Virus genome (UHGV): UHGV-0142298
Length of the DNA stretch: 37,340 nucleotides
Strand: one strand, 5' to 3'
Source: a virus
Below the pieces are notes generated by a model. It did not search any database. It saw only the letters and a program-made list of their open reading frames with translations, and was not told the origin of the DNA. Below are positions 17,487 through 27,485 of this stretch, piece after piece; position 1 is the stretch's first letter; each line of letters opens with the position of its first letter. The position numbers and the translations under genes were made by a program.

Positions 17487-19445
17487 ATGCAGGCTGGTCA
17501 CCAGAGTGACGCGGATATTTATATTTATGACGAGATTGGTTTCTGGGGTGTTACAGCGAAGCAGTTTATCAGTGATCTGAATGCACTGGGCGATATCACC
17601 CACATTAATCTCCATATCAATTCACCGGGTGGCGATGTCTTTGAAGGCATCGCCATTTTTAATGCGCTGAAAACACATGGTGCGTCCATTACCGTTTATG
17701 TCGACGGTGTGGCGGCGTCAATGGCGTCGGTCATTGCGATGGTGGGAAACCCGGTCATTATGCCGGAAAACACCTTCATGATGATTCATAAACCATTTGG
17801 CTTTACGGGCGGTGATGCGGAGGACATGCGCACCTATGCCGACCTGCTCGATAAGGTTGAGGCGGTTCTGTTACCCGCTTATGCACAGAAAACCGGGAAA
17901 ACCACCGATGAAATTGCTGCCATGCTGGCGGATGAGACCTGGATGTCCGGTGCCGAATGTCTGGCACATGGATTTGCTGATCAGGTGACGCCAGCCGTTA
18001 AGGCAATGGCATGTATTCAGTCAAAACGTACAGAGGAATTTAAAAAGATGCCGGAATCCATTCGAAACATGATTACTCCGCCACGCAACAGTGCTCCACG
18101 CGTACAGGATGATGAACCTGCAGCCTCCCGGACGCCAGTGCAGGCAGCAGCACCCGTGGTGGATGAAAACAGTATCCGTGCGCAGGTACTGGCAGAGCAA
18201 AAAGCGCGTGTAAACGGTATTAATGATCTGTTTGCCATGTTTGGCGGGCGTTATCAGACGCTGCAGGCTCAGTGTCTTGCCGATCCTGAGTGTTCGCTGG
18301 AGCAGGCCCGCGAAAAGCTGTTGAACGAGATGGGGCGCGAGTCCACGCCATCCAATAAAAATACACCGGCTCATATTTATGCTGGTAACGGTAATTTTGT
18401 GGGGGACGGGATCCGCCAGGCGCTGATGGCGCGTGCCGGATTTGAAAAAACCGAACGTGATAATGTCTACAACGGGATGACCCTGCGTGAATATGCCCGT
18501 ATGTCACTGACTGAACGGGGTATTGGGGTTTCCGGTTATAACCCGATGCAGATGGTCGGTGCGGCGTTCACCCACAGTACGTCTGACTTCGGTAATATTC
18601 TGCTGGATGTTGCGAACAAAGCCATTCTGCAGGGCTGGGAAGATGCTCCTGAAACCTATGAACAATGGACGCGGAAAGGTCAGTTGTCTGATTTTAAAAT
18701 TGCCCATCGTGTGGGTATGGGGGGCTTCAGTGCTCTGCGTCAGGTGCGTGAAGGGGCGGAATATAAATACGTCACCACCGGAGATAAACAGGCCACTATT
18801 GCACTGGCGACCTATGGCGAGCTGTTCAGTATCACCCGTCAGGCCATTATCAATGATGATCTGAATATGCTGACCGATGTCCCGATGAAACTGGGCCGTG
18901 CGGCGAAATCCACTATTGCCGATCTGGTTTATGCCATTCTGACGTCTAACCCGAAAATCTCCACAGATAATGTAAGTCTGTTCGATAAAGCGAAACATGC
19001 AAACGTACTGGAGAGCGCTGCAATGGACGTGGCATCGCTGGATAAAGCCCGCCAGTTGATGCGCGTTCAGAAAGAGGGGGAGCGTCATCTGAATATTCGT
19101 CCTGCGTTCGTACTGGTACCGACGGCGATGGAGTCTGTTGCTAACCAGGTCATTCGCTCCTCAAGTGTCAAGGGGGCTGACATTAACGCCGGTATTATTA
19201 ACCCGGTGAAAGATTTTGCGACCGTTATTGCAGAGCCTCGTCTTGATGATAACAGCCAGACCACCTTCTACCTGGCTGCGTCAAAAGGCTCCGATACGAT
19301 TGAAGTGGCTTATCTCAACGGTGTGGATACGCCATATATTGATCAGATGGAGGGCTTCAGTGTGGATGGCGTGACAACGAAAGTGCGTATTGACGCCGGT
19401 GTCGCGCCAGTTGATCACCGCGGTCTGGTGAAATGTACGGCGTAA
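17487..19445 (+). CDS. Fused prohead protease (ClpP/S14-like) and major capsid protein
   Basis: N-terminal ClpP-like region (IYIYDEIGFWGV...INSPGGDVFEGIAIFNAL...AASMASVIAM) in one ORF with a long C-terminal capsid-sized domain; no separate scaffold or capsid ORF follows. Confidence 0.75.
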   Translation: MQAGHQSDADIYIYDEIGFWGVTAKQFISDLNALGDITHINLHINSPGGDVFEGIAIFNALKTHGASITVYVDGVAASMASVIAMVGNPVIMPENTFMMIHKPFGFTGGDAEDMRTYADLLDKVEAVLLPAYAQKTGKTTDEIAAMLADETWMSGAECLAHGFADQVTPAVKAMACIQSKRTEEFKKMPESIRNMITPPRNSAPRVQDDEPAASRTPVQAAAPVVDENSIRAQVLAEQKARVNGINDLFAMFGGRYQTLQAQCLADPECSLEQAREKLLNEMGRESTPSNKNTPAHIYAGNGNFVGDGIRQALMARAGFEKTERDNVYNGMTLREYARMSLTERGIGVSGYNPMQMVGAAFTHSTSDFGNILLDVANKAILQGWEDAPETYEQWTRKGQLSDFKIAHRVGMGGFSALRQVREGAEYKYVTTGDKQATIALATYGELFSITRQAIINDDLNMLTDVPMKLGRAAKSTIADLVYAILTSNPKISTDNVSLFDKAKHANVLESAAMDVASLDKARQLMRVQKEGERHLNIRPAFVLVPTAMESVANQVIRSSSVKGADINAGIINPVKDFATVIAEPRLDDNSQTTFYLAASKGSDTIEVAYLNGVDTPYIDQMEGFSVDGVTTKVRIDAGVAPVDHRGLVKCTA

Positions 19446-19465
19446 ACGTCGCAGACAACAACTCT

Positions 19466-19492
19466 GATGGCCCGTAAGGGCTTTTTTTGTAC
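19466..19492 (+). terminator. Weak intrinsic terminator after the capsid gene
   Basis: Short GC stem GCCC-GTAA-GGGC followed by a T7 run. Confidence 0.4.
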
Positions 19493-19531
19493 CTGAAATC
19501 AGCCCCTGAACGGGGCTGTGCGGAGACAGTT

Positions 19532-19855
19532 ATGGCAAAGAATTTTGTAGAAGAAGGAAAAACGGTGGCGATTGTTGCCAGTGCAGCCATCAGCAGCGGA
19601 GAGCTGGTGCAGGTGGGTGATGTTTTTGCGGTGGCGCTGACCGATATTCCACAGGGTGAAACAGGCGACGGCATGACCGAAGGTGTGTTTATGCTGCCTA
19701 AGCTGAAAACGGATGACATGAAAACGGGTAAGAAGGTTTATCTGAAGTCCGGAAAAGTTCAGCTGACTAACAGCGGCTCTGATCCGCTGGTCGGGGTTGT
19801 CTGGGCAGATGCCGGAACCAGTGCAGAAGAAGTGCCGGTAAAACTCAATGTCTGA
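19532..19855 (+). CDS. Head completion/decoration-type protein (hypothetical)
   Basis: About 107 aa from MAKNF; between capsid and head-tail joining genes. Confidence 0.45.
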   Translation: MAKNFVEEGKTVAIVASAAISSGELVQVGDVFAVALTDIPQGETGDGMTEGVFMLPKLKTDDMKTGKKVYLKSGKVQLTNSGSDPLVGVVWADAGTSAEEVPVKLNV

Positions 19856-20123
19856 TCCCTTTTCCCGGCTGGCAGCGCGTATGGATGCGATCACGGTCAG
19901 AAAGATGGGAAAGACAGCCTCGATTAATGATGTCGATATGACTGTGATCCCGGGAGAAACACTGGCAGAGCTGAATGCTCTGTCCGGACCTGCGGTCTCT
20001 CTGGTGGTGTTTTCTTCGGGATACCGCCCACGGCGCGGGGATCGCGTTGTTTATGACGGACAACAATGGACGGTCACACGGCATGAACGCTTTAACGGTA
20101 AGCCAATGATCTTTATTGAGTAA
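19848..20123 (+). CDS. Head-tail joining protein (FII-like)
   Basis: 91 aa; C-terminal RRGDRVVYDGQQWTV resembles the FII pattern; position matches. Confidence 0.5.
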   Translation: MSDPFSRLAARMDAITVRKMGKTASINDVDMTVIPGETLAELNALSGPAVSLVVFSSGYRPRRGDRVVYDGQQWTVTRHERFNGKPMIFIE

Positions 20124-20134
20124 AGAGGTGTGGG

Positions 20135-20725
20135 ATGAAGGGGCTTGAGAATGCCATCCGCAATCTGAACAGCCTTGATACCCGTATGGTGCCACAGGCC
20201 AGCGCATGGGCGATAAACCGTGTGGCACAGAAAGCGGTCTCGGTTGCCACCCGGCAGGTTGCCGGGAATACCGTTGCGGGAGATAACCAGGTGAAAGGGA
20301 TCCCCCTGAAACTGGTACGTCAGCGTGTCCGGGTGTTTAAAGCCAGTCCGTCAGGAAAAATGACGGCCAGGATCCGCGTTAACCGGGGCAATCTGCCCGC
20401 CATCAAACTGAACACAACACGGCGGCGTGCTGGTGAAGGACTGAGAGTGGGAAAATACTTTTTCCGGGGGGCATTTGTTCAGCAACTGGCGAATGGCCGC
20501 TGGCATGTTCTGAGGCGTCTTCCTGAAGCGCGTTTTGCAACAGGGCATGACCATCAGGGCAGGCCAAGAAAAAATCGTCTTCCTGTGGAGGTAGTGAAAA
20601 TCCCGCTGTCCGGACCGCTGACACAGGCATTTGAAGATGCCCGCGACCACATCATTGCTGCGGAAATGCCGAAACAGCTGGGGTATGCACTGAAACAACA
20701 ACTGAGGTTATGGCTGACCCGATGA
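20135..20725 (+). CDS. Minor tail protein Z-like
   Basis: 196 aa; size and position as lambda gpZ. Confidence 0.55.
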   Translation: MKGLENAIRNLNSLDTRMVPQASAWAINRVAQKAVSVATRQVAGNTVAGDNQVKGIPLKLVRQRVRVFKASPSGKMTARIRVNRGNLPAIKLNTTRRRAGEGLRVGKYFFRGAFVQQLANGRWHVLRRLPEARFATGHDHQGRPRKNRLPVEVVKIPLSGPLTQAFEDARDHIIAAEMPKQLGYALKQQLRLWLTR

Positions 20726-21123
20726 ACCGACATACACAAATCCGCCAGGTCGTACTGGCACGCCTTCGGGAACAGTGTGGAGACAGCGCCACGTTTTTTG
20801 ACGGGCTTCCGGCATTTATTGATGCGCAGGAACTGCCTGCCGTGGCGGTGTGGCTGAGTGATGCTCAGTACACCGGAAAAATGACGGATGAAGATGACTG
20901 GCAGGCTGTTCTGCATATTGCCGTCTTCATCCGGGCACAGGCACCGGATTCAGAGCTGGATATGTGGATGGAGAGCACCATTTTCCCGGCCCTGAATGAT
21001 GTACCGGCACTTTCCGGACTCATCGACACCCTGAACCCACTCGGTTTTAACTATCAACGTGATAATGAGATGGCCACCTGGGCGATGGCGGAAATCACGT
21101 ACCAGATCACGTACACGAATTAA
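20710..21123 (+). CDS. Tail terminator protein (gpU-like)
   Basis: Strong resemblance to lambda U (ATFFDG.PA..DA.E.PAVAV.L..A.YTG...D.D.WQA.LHI.VF..AQ.PDSELD.WMES). Confidence 0.75.
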   Translation: MADPMNRHTQIRQVVLARLREQCGDSATFFDGLPAFIDAQELPAVAVWLSDAQYTGKMTDEDDWQAVLHIAVFIRAQAPDSELDMWMESTIFPALNDVPALSGLIDTLNPLGFNYQRDNEMATWAMAEITYQITYTN

Positions 21124-21133
21124 GGAGGTGGTA

Positions 21134-21877
21134 ATGACCACACCAAATCCACTGGCAAAGACGAAAGGTGCGGGGACGACGTTCTGGATGTATACCGGCA
21201 ACGGCGATGCGTTTGCGAACCCTTTGTCGGACACTGACTGGCTGCGTCTTGCGATGGTGAAGGATCTGCAACCTGGCGAAATGACCGCTGATGCAGAAGA
21301 TGACACTTATCTCGATGATGAAGATGCAGACTGGAAAACGACAACCCAGGGGCAGAAATCCGTTGGTGATACTTCGGCGACGCTGGCCTGGCGTCCGGGT
21401 GACAGCGGGCAGAAAAAACTGGTTCAGTTGTTCGACTCCGGTGAAGTCTGCGCGTTTCGTATCAAATATCCCAACGGCACTGTTGATGTTTTCCGTGGCT
21501 GGCTGAGCTCACTGGGTAAAACCATTGCCTCAAAAGACGTGATGACCCGCACTGTGAAAATCAGCGGTGTGGGGCGTCCGTATCTGGCAGAGGAAGGCAC
21601 TGAAACCGTGAGCGTTACCGGGCTGACAGTATCACCGGCGTCTGCCAGTGTAAAAGTGGGAGCAACCACCACGCTGACCTTTACAGTAAAACCTGACGGA
21701 GCCAGTGACAAAGCGATCAGTGTGCATTCGTCAGATCCACAGACTGCCACGGTTACCCTGAACGGACTTGTGGCCACGGTAAAAGGCGTGAAGCAGGGCA
21801 GTGTCAGCATTGTGGGCATGACCGCTGACGGGAATTTTGTGGCTGTGACTGCGGTGACTGTCAGCGCAGCAGGTTAA
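21134..21877 (+). CDS. Major tail protein (gpV-like) with C-terminal Ig-like (Big_2-type) domain
   Basis: RBS AGGAGG upstream; C-terminal Thr/Val/Ser-rich beta-strand segment typical of Ig-like decoration domains; followed by a hairpin terminator. Confidence 0.8.
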   Translation: MTTPNPLAKTKGAGTTFWMYTGNGDAFANPLSDTDWLRLAMVKDLQPGEMTADAEDDTYLDDEDADWKTTTQGQKSVGDTSATLAWRPGDSGQKKLVQLFDSGEVCAFRIKYPNGTVDVFRGWLSSLGKTIASKDVMTRTVKISGVGRPYLAEEGTETVSVTGLTVSPASASVKVGATTTLTFTVKPDGASDKAISVHSSDPQTATVTLNGLVATVKGVKQGSVSIVGMTADGNFVAVTAVTVSAAG

Positions 21878-21895
21878 CAGGACGATACTCATCAT

Positions 21896-21922
21896 TTGCC
21901 CCGGTTATGCGGGGCTTTTTTG
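21896..21922 (+). terminator. Intrinsic terminator between V and G
   Basis: GCCCCG-GTTAT-GCGGGGC hairpin plus TTTTTT. Confidence 0.6.
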
Positions 21923-21934
21923 CAGGTGGAGAAC

Positions 21935-22662
21935 ATGATGTTTCTGAAACAGGACACGTTTAATTATGAAAAACAGTCCGTGGTGCTCAGTGAGCTGTCC
22001 GGGCTGCAGAGAATTGAATATCTGACGTTTGTTCAGCAGCGAACGGCAAAGTTTGATGCCGTGGAGGGAGAACTGCCGGAGGCTGAACGACAGATTGCTT
22101 TTCTGCGGATGGGGATGGATATCAATGCCTGGCTGGTTTCCCGCTCACTGTGGAATGCGGATCAGTCTAAGGATGTAGAGACGCTTTGCGCATCCGTTAT
22201 TACAACATGGTCGTATGATGCCCTGGGTGCGGGGGCGGAGATGGTTCTGTCGCTGAGCGGTATGGGGGCCATTGATAATGCCGTGGATGATGAGCATGAG
22301 GCGCTGACGCCGGAAAAGTCCTGACGCGGGAAATGCAGTTTGTCATGCGGCTTGCCCGGGAGTTCCGGCGGGCAGACTGGCGGCGGATGCTGTCGGAAAT
22401 GTCGGCCACTGAGCTTGGTGAGTGGGGCGATTATTTCCGGATGCAGAGCTTCAGTGATGTGTGGATGGATGCGCAGTTTGCCTCGCTGAAGGCATTGATC
22501 GTGAGAATGGTGTCCGGCAGCAGTGATGCTGCGGTGGCTGATTTCAGCCTTTTACCGGAAGAGAACGGGATACCGGAGCGAACGGACGAAGAACTGATGC
22601 ATCTTGGGGAAGGTATTTCCGGAGGTGTGCGTTATGGACCAGATAGCCAACCTGGTCATTGA
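21935..22662 (+). CDS. Tail assembly chaperones G and G-T (T in the -1 frame, expressed by programmed frameshift)
   Basis: G frame MMFLKQDTFNYEKQSVVLSELSGLQRIEYL resembles lambda G and stops at 22324; the -1 frame continues to 22662; GGAAAAG-type slippery stretch at 22312-22318. Confidence 0.65.
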
Positions 22663-25600
22663 TTTGGGGATTGATGCGGCAGAGTTTAAAAATGAAATTC
22701 CCCGTATCAAAAACCTTCTGAATGGTGCAGCCAGCGATGCAGAACGGTCTTCTGCCCGTATGCAGCGTTTTATGGAGCGTCAGACTCAGGCCGCCCGGCA
22801 GACAACGCAGGCAGCTTCTTCGGCTGCAACAGCCGCATCCGTCCATGCGCAGACGGTGGAGAAGAACGCACAGGCTCATGAACGCATGGCCCGCGAGGTG
22901 GAGAAAACCCGCCAGCGCATGGAGGCACTGAGCCAGAAAATGCGCGAGGAACAGGCGCAGGCCATCGCTCTGGCGGAGGCTCAGGATAAAGCGGCTGCTG
23001 CGTTTTATCGTCAGATTGACAGTGTGAAACAGGCCAGTGCGGGGCTGCAGGAATTACAGCGTATTCAGCAGCAGATCCGACAGGCCAGAAACAGTGGCGG
23101 GATTGGTCAGCAGGATTATCTGGCGCTGATTTCTGAGGTTACGGCGAAAACCCGTGTTCTTACGCAGGCTGAGGCAGAGGCTACCCGACAGAAAGTGGCG
23201 TTTATCCGTCAGCTTAAAGAGCAGGCAACCCGCCAGAATCTTTCTTCTTCTGAGTTGCTTCGTGCCAGGGCTGCCCAGCTGGGGGTAAGCAGTGCTGCAG
23301 AAGTGTATATCCGCAAAATGGAGCGGGCAGGAAAAGCCACGCATTCGCTGGGTCTGAAAAGTGCAGCGGCCCGCCAGGAGATAGGCGTTCTGATAGGTGA
23401 ACTGGCCCGCGGCAATTTAGGGGCGCTGAGGGGATCCGGGATAACGCTGGCTAACCGTGCCGGATGGATAGACACACTGATGTCACCGAAAGGCATGATG
23501 CTGGGCGGGGTTATTGGCGGTATTACCGCGGCCGTCTATGGTCTGGGTAAAGCCTGGTATGACGGTCAGAAGGAGGGGGAAGAATTTAACCGCCAGCTGT
23601 CGCTGACGGGGCATTATGCCGGAGTCACTGCCGGGCAGCTGTGGACGCTCAGTCGTGCTATTTCCGGGAATGGTATCACGCAACATGCTGCAGCCGGTGC
23701 GCTGGCTCAGGTGGTGGGGAGTGGTGCATTTCGTGGAAACGATATCGGTATGGTGGCGAGAGCAGCCGCACAGATGGAGCGATCGGTTGGCCAGTCGGTC
23801 AGCGATACCATAAATCAGTTTAAGCGGCTGAAGGATGATCCTGTAAATGCCGCGAAGTCTCTGGACAATGAGCTGCATTTTCTTACTGCCACTCAGCTTG
23901 AGCAGATACGCGTCCTTGGAGAGCAGGGGCGGTCCAGTGATGCGGCACGGATAGCCATGTCTGCACTGGCAGAGGAAACCGGTCGGCGTACTGCGGATAT
24001 TGATAATAACCTCAATGCGCTGGGCAGTACGCTGCAAACTTTGTCTGACTGGTGGAAGCAGTTCTGGGATGCGGCCATGAATATTGGTCGTGAAGATTCG
24101 CTGGATGCGCAGATTGCCACTTTGCAGGAGAAAGTGTCGCGGGCGAAAAGACTCCCCTGGACGGCATCATCTTCTCAGGTTGAATACGATCAGCAGCGTC
24201 TTAACGATCTTCAGGAGAAAAAACGCCAGAAGGATTTGCAGGATGCAAAAGAGCAGGCAGAGCGGAATTATCAGGAGCAACAGAAACGCCGTAATGCTGA
24301 AAATGCTGCACTGAACCGGATGAATGAAACGGAAGCTGCACGACATCAGCGTGAAATTGCGCGTATTAATGCCATGCAGTACGCCGATCAGGCTGTCAGG
24401 GATGCGGCGATACAACGTGAAAATGAACGTTACGAGAAAGCCCTGGCATCCGGTAAGAAAAAAACACGCGAAACCCGTAATGATGAGGCCACCCGGTTAT
24501 TGCTGCAGTACAGTCAGCAACAGGCACAGGTGGAAGGACAGATTGCTGCTGCCAGACAGTCAGCAGGCATTGCCACGGAAAGGATGACAGAAGCGCATAA
24601 ACAGCTCCTGGCTCTGCAGCAGCGCATCAGCGACCTGGACGGGAAAAAACTGACGGCAGATGAAAAGAGTGTGCTGGCCCGTAAAGATGAACTGATTCAG
24701 GCACTGACGCTGCTGGATGTAAAACAGCAGGAGCTTCAGAAACAGACGGCACTCAACGAGCTGAAGAAAAAAACAATTCAGCTGACCAGTCAACTGGCTG
24801 AAGAAGAGCGCGCTCAGCGTCAGCAACATGACCTGGATATCGCCACGGTGGGTATGGGTGATCAGCAGCGACAGCGATATCAGGTACAACTGAGTCTTCG
24901 CCAGAAATACCAGCAACAGCTGGAGCAGTTGAGGCGGGATAGTGAGCAGAAAGGGACATATAACACGGATGACTACAGAAAGGCCGAGCAGGCGCTGACG
25001 GAGAGCCTGAACCGACAACTGAATGAGAATCGCCGTTACTGGCAACAGCTTGAAGTTGTGCAGGGTAACTGGAAAAACGGAGTCCTGCGTGCATTTCAGG
25101 ATTTTACCGTGGATGCAGATAATACGGCAGAAACAGCAGAACAGGTGTTCTCGTCAGCCTTCAGCAACATGGGAAATGGCCTGGCAACTTTTGTCACTAC
25201 CGGCAAACTCAATTTCAAATCCTTCACCTCTTCTGTGCTGTCAGATATGGCGAAAATCCTGGCGCAGGCAACCATGATGAAATCGATAAAAGGGATTGGC
25301 AGTGTACTGGGATTTGATCTCAGCAGCCTTTCCCTGAATGCCAATGGGGGGATTTATCAGTCTGCTGATTTGAGTCGTTACAGTGGCACGGTGGTTAACC
25401 GTCCGACGTTTTTTGCTTTTGCAAAAGGCGCGGGTGTGATGGGGGAAGCGGGACCTGAAGCCATTCTGCCATTGCGTCGTGGTGCTGACGGTAAGCTGGG
25501 GGTTGTGGCGGATATTGGGGGTTCAGGTATGGCGATGTTTTCCCCGCAGTACAACATCGAGATCAATAACGATGGCACGAACGGGCAGATAGGTCCGGCT

Positions 25601-25699
25601 GCCCTGAAGGCGGTTTATGACCTCGGGAAAAAAGCGGCAGCGGACTTTATGCAACAGCAGGCCCGTGATGGTGGTCGGTTAAGTGGAGCATATCGGTAA
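22634..25699 (+). CDS. Tail tape measure protein (gpH-like)
   Basis: About 1020 aa, highly alpha-helical, Gln/Ala/Arg-rich; located between G-T and M. Confidence 0.85.
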   Translation: MDQIANLVIDLGIDAAEFKNEIPRIKNLLNGAASDAERSSARMQRFMERQTQAARQTTQAASSAATAASVHAQTVEKNAQAHERMAREVEKTRQRMEALSQKMREEQAQAIALAEAQDKAAAAFYRQIDSVKQASAGLQELQRIQQQIRQARNSGGIGQQDYLALISEVTAKTRVLTQAEAEATRQKVAFIRQLKEQATRQNLSSSELLRARAAQLGVSSAAEVYIRKMERAGKATHSLGLKSAAARQEIGVLIGELARGNLGALRGSGITLANRAGWIDTLMSPKGMMLGGVIGGITAAVYGLGKAWYDGQKEGEEFNRQLSLTGHYAGVTAGQLWTLSRAISGNGITQHAAAGALAQVVGSGAFRGNDIGMVARAAAQMERSVGQSVSDTINQFKRLKDDPVNAAKSLDNELHFLTATQLEQIRVLGEQGRSSDAARIAMSALAEETGRRTADIDNNLNALGSTLQTLSDWWKQFWDAAMNIGREDSLDAQIATLQEKVSRAKRLPWTASSSQVEYDQQRLNDLQEKKRQKDLQDAKEQAERNYQEQQKRRNAENAALNRMNETEAARHQREIARINAMQYADQAVRDAAIQRENERYEKALASGKKKTRETRNDEATRLLLQYSQQQAQVEGQIAAARQSAGIATERMTEAHKQLLALQQRISDLDGKKLTADEKSVLARKDELIQALTLLDVKQQELQKQTALNELKKKTIQLTSQLAEEERAQRQQHDLDIATVGMGDQQRQRYQVQLSLRQKYQQQLEQLRRDSEQKGTYNTDDYRKAEQALTESLNRQLNENRRYWQQLEVVQGNWKNGVLRAFQDFTVDADNTAETAEQVFSSAFSNMGNGLATFVTTGKLNFKSFTSSVLSDMAKILAQATMMKSIKGIGSVLGFDLSSLSLNANGGIYQSADLSRYSGTVVNRPTFFAFAKGAGVMGEAGPEAILPLRRGADGKLGVVADIGGSGMAMFSPQYNIEINNDGTNGQIGPAALKAVYDLGKKAAADFMQQQARDGGRLSGAYR

Positions 25700-26028
25700 T
25701 GGAGACGTTTCACTGGAAAGTGCGCCCGGATATGAATGTGGTATCAGAGCCGAAAGTGGTGACAGTGAAGCTGGGCGATGGTTATGAACAGCGTCGTGCG
25801 GCGGGACTGAATAACCAGTTGTCGACTTACAGCGTGACGATACGTGTTCGTAAATGTGAACACCCATCTTTAAAAGCCTTTCTGGAACGGCACGGTGGCG
25901 TCCGTGCATTTCAGTGGACGCCACCTTATGACTGGAAACCGATCAGGGTGGTTTGTCGTAAATGGTCGGCAAGCGTGGGGGCGCTGTGGGTAACCATAAC
26001 GGCAGATTTTGAACAGGTCGTGGCATAG
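25699..26028 (+). CDS. Minor tail protein M
   Basis: 109 aa, close to lambda gpM (FRWKV.P.M.V...P.V..V..GDGY.QR...GLN..L.TYSV). Confidence 0.85.
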   Translation: METFHWKVRPDMNVVSEPKVVTVKLGDGYEQRRAAGLNNQLSTYSVTIRVRKCEHPSLKAFLERHGGVRAFQWTPPYDWKPIRVVCRKWSASVGALWVTITADFEQVVA

Positions 26029-26037
26029 GAGGCTCTG

Positions 26038-26736
26038 ATGCAGGATATTCCACAGGAAACACATCATGAGACGACACGCCTCACTCAGTCAGCCCAGGTG
26101 GTGCTCTGGGAAATCGATCTGACAGAGGTCGGTGGTGAACGTTATTTTTTCTGTAATGAGCAGAACGAAAAAGGTGAGCCGGTTACCTGGCAGGGGCGGC
26201 AGTATCAGGCATACCCCATTCAGGGGACGGGATTTGAACTGAACGGCAAGGGCAGTGCTGCCCGTCCGACACTGACGGTTTCTAACCTGCACGGAATGGT
26301 CACCGGGATGGCGGAAGACCTGCAGAGTCTGGTCGGCGGAACGGTGGTCAGGCGTAAGGTTTACGCCCGTTTTCTGGATGCGGTGAACTTCGTCAACGGA
26401 AACAGCGACGCCGATCCGGAGCAGGAGGTGATCAGCCGCTGGCGCATCGAGCAGTGCAGCGAACTGAGTGCGGTCAGTGCCTCCTTTGTACTGTCCACAC
26501 CGACGGAAACGGATGGTGCCGTTTTTCCGGGGCGCATCATGCTGGCTAATACCTGCACCTGGACCTATCGCGGTGATGAGTGCGGTTATCACGGTCCGGC
26601 GGTCGCGGATGAATATGACCAGCCGACGTCCGATATCACGAAGGATAAATGCAGCAAATGCCTGAGTGGTTGTAAGTTTCGCAATAACGTCGGCAACTTT
26701 GGCGGCTTCCTTTCCATTAACAAACTTTCGCAGTGA
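26038..26736 (+). CDS. Minor tail protein L
   Basis: 232 aa, lambda gpL length; Cys cluster near the C-terminus. Confidence 0.85.
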   Translation: MQDIPQETHHETTRLTQSAQVVLWEIDLTEVGGERYFFCNEQNEKGEPVTWQGRQYQAYPIQGTGFELNGKGSAARPTLTVSNLHGMVTGMAEDLQSLVGGTVVRRKVYARFLDAVNFVNGNSDADPEQEVISRWRIEQCSELSAVSASFVLSTPTETDGAVFPGRIMLANTCTWTYRGDECGYHGPAVADEYDQPTSDITKDKCSKCLSGCKFRNNVGNFGGFLSINKLSQ

Positions 26737-27485
26737 ATCCCATGACAGAGACAGAATCAGCGATTCTGGCGCACGCCCGGCGATGTGCGCCAGCGGAGTC
26801 GTGCGGCTTCGTGGTGAGAACACCGGAGGGGGAAAGATATTTTCCCTGCGTGAATATCTCCGGTGAGCCGGAGGAGTATTTCCGGATGTCGCCGGAGGAC
26901 TGGCTGCGGGCAGAGATGCAGGGTGAGATTGTGGCGCTGGTCCACAGCCACCCCGGTGGTATGCCCTGGCTGAGTGAGACCGACCGGCGGCTGCAGGTGC
27001 AGAGTGATTTGCCGTGGTGGCTGGTTTGCCGGGGAGCGATTCACAAGTTCCGCTGTGTGCCACATCTTTCCGGGCGGCGCTTTGAGCACGGGGTGACGGA
27101 CTGTTACACGCTGTTCCGGGATGCTTACCATCTGGCGGGGATTGAGATGCCGGATTTTCATCGCGAGGATGACTGGTGGCGTAACGGTCAGAATCTCTAT
27201 CTGGATAATCTGGAGGCCACAGGGCTGTATCAGGTGCCGTTGTCAGCGGCGCAGCCGGGCGATGTGCTGCTGTGCTGTTTTGGTTCATCGGTGCCGAATC
27301 ATGCCGCCATTTACTGTGGTGACAGCGAGCTGCTGCACCATATTCCTGAACAACTGAGCAAACGAGAGAGGTACACCGACAAATGGCAGCGACGCACACA
27401 CTCCCTCTGGCGTCACCGGGCATGGCACGCATCTGCCTTTACGGGGATTTACAACGATTTGGCCGCCGCATCGACCTTCGAGTGA
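26733..27485 (+). CDS. Tail assembly protein K (JAB/MPN plus NlpC/P60-like)
   Basis: HSHP metal-binding motif and Cys/His of the NlpC/P60 part; overlaps L (ATGA) and I. Confidence 0.8.
   Translation: MNPMTETESAILAHARRCAPAESCGFVVRTPEGERYFPCVNISGEPEEYFRMSPEDWLRAEMQGEIVALVHSHPGGMPWLSETDRRLQVQSDLPWWLVCRGAIHKFRCVPHLSGRRFEHGVTDCYTLFRDAYHLAGIEMPDFHREDDWWRNGQNLYLDNLEATGLYQVPLSAAQPGDVLLCCFGSSVPNHAAIYCGDSELLHHIPEQLSKRERYTDKWQRRTHSLWRHRAWHASAFTGIYNDLAAASTFE

Noticed and set aside
18504-19088. 194-aa minus-strand ORF and several other ORFs inside the capsid gene
   Set aside because: Overlap the well-supported protease-capsid frame; no start signals; compositional artefacts.
22604-25700. Possible CRISPR array or satellite repeats in the tape measure gene
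   Set aside because: Repetitiveness is only at the amino-acid level (helical Gln/Ala/Arg heptads); no regular direct repeats with unique spacers anywhere in the window.
26089-27432. 447-aa minus-strand ORF
   Set aside because: Antisense to the tightly packed L-K-I genes; Pro/Arg/Ala-rich translation with no motifs; the plus-strand genes are strongly supported.
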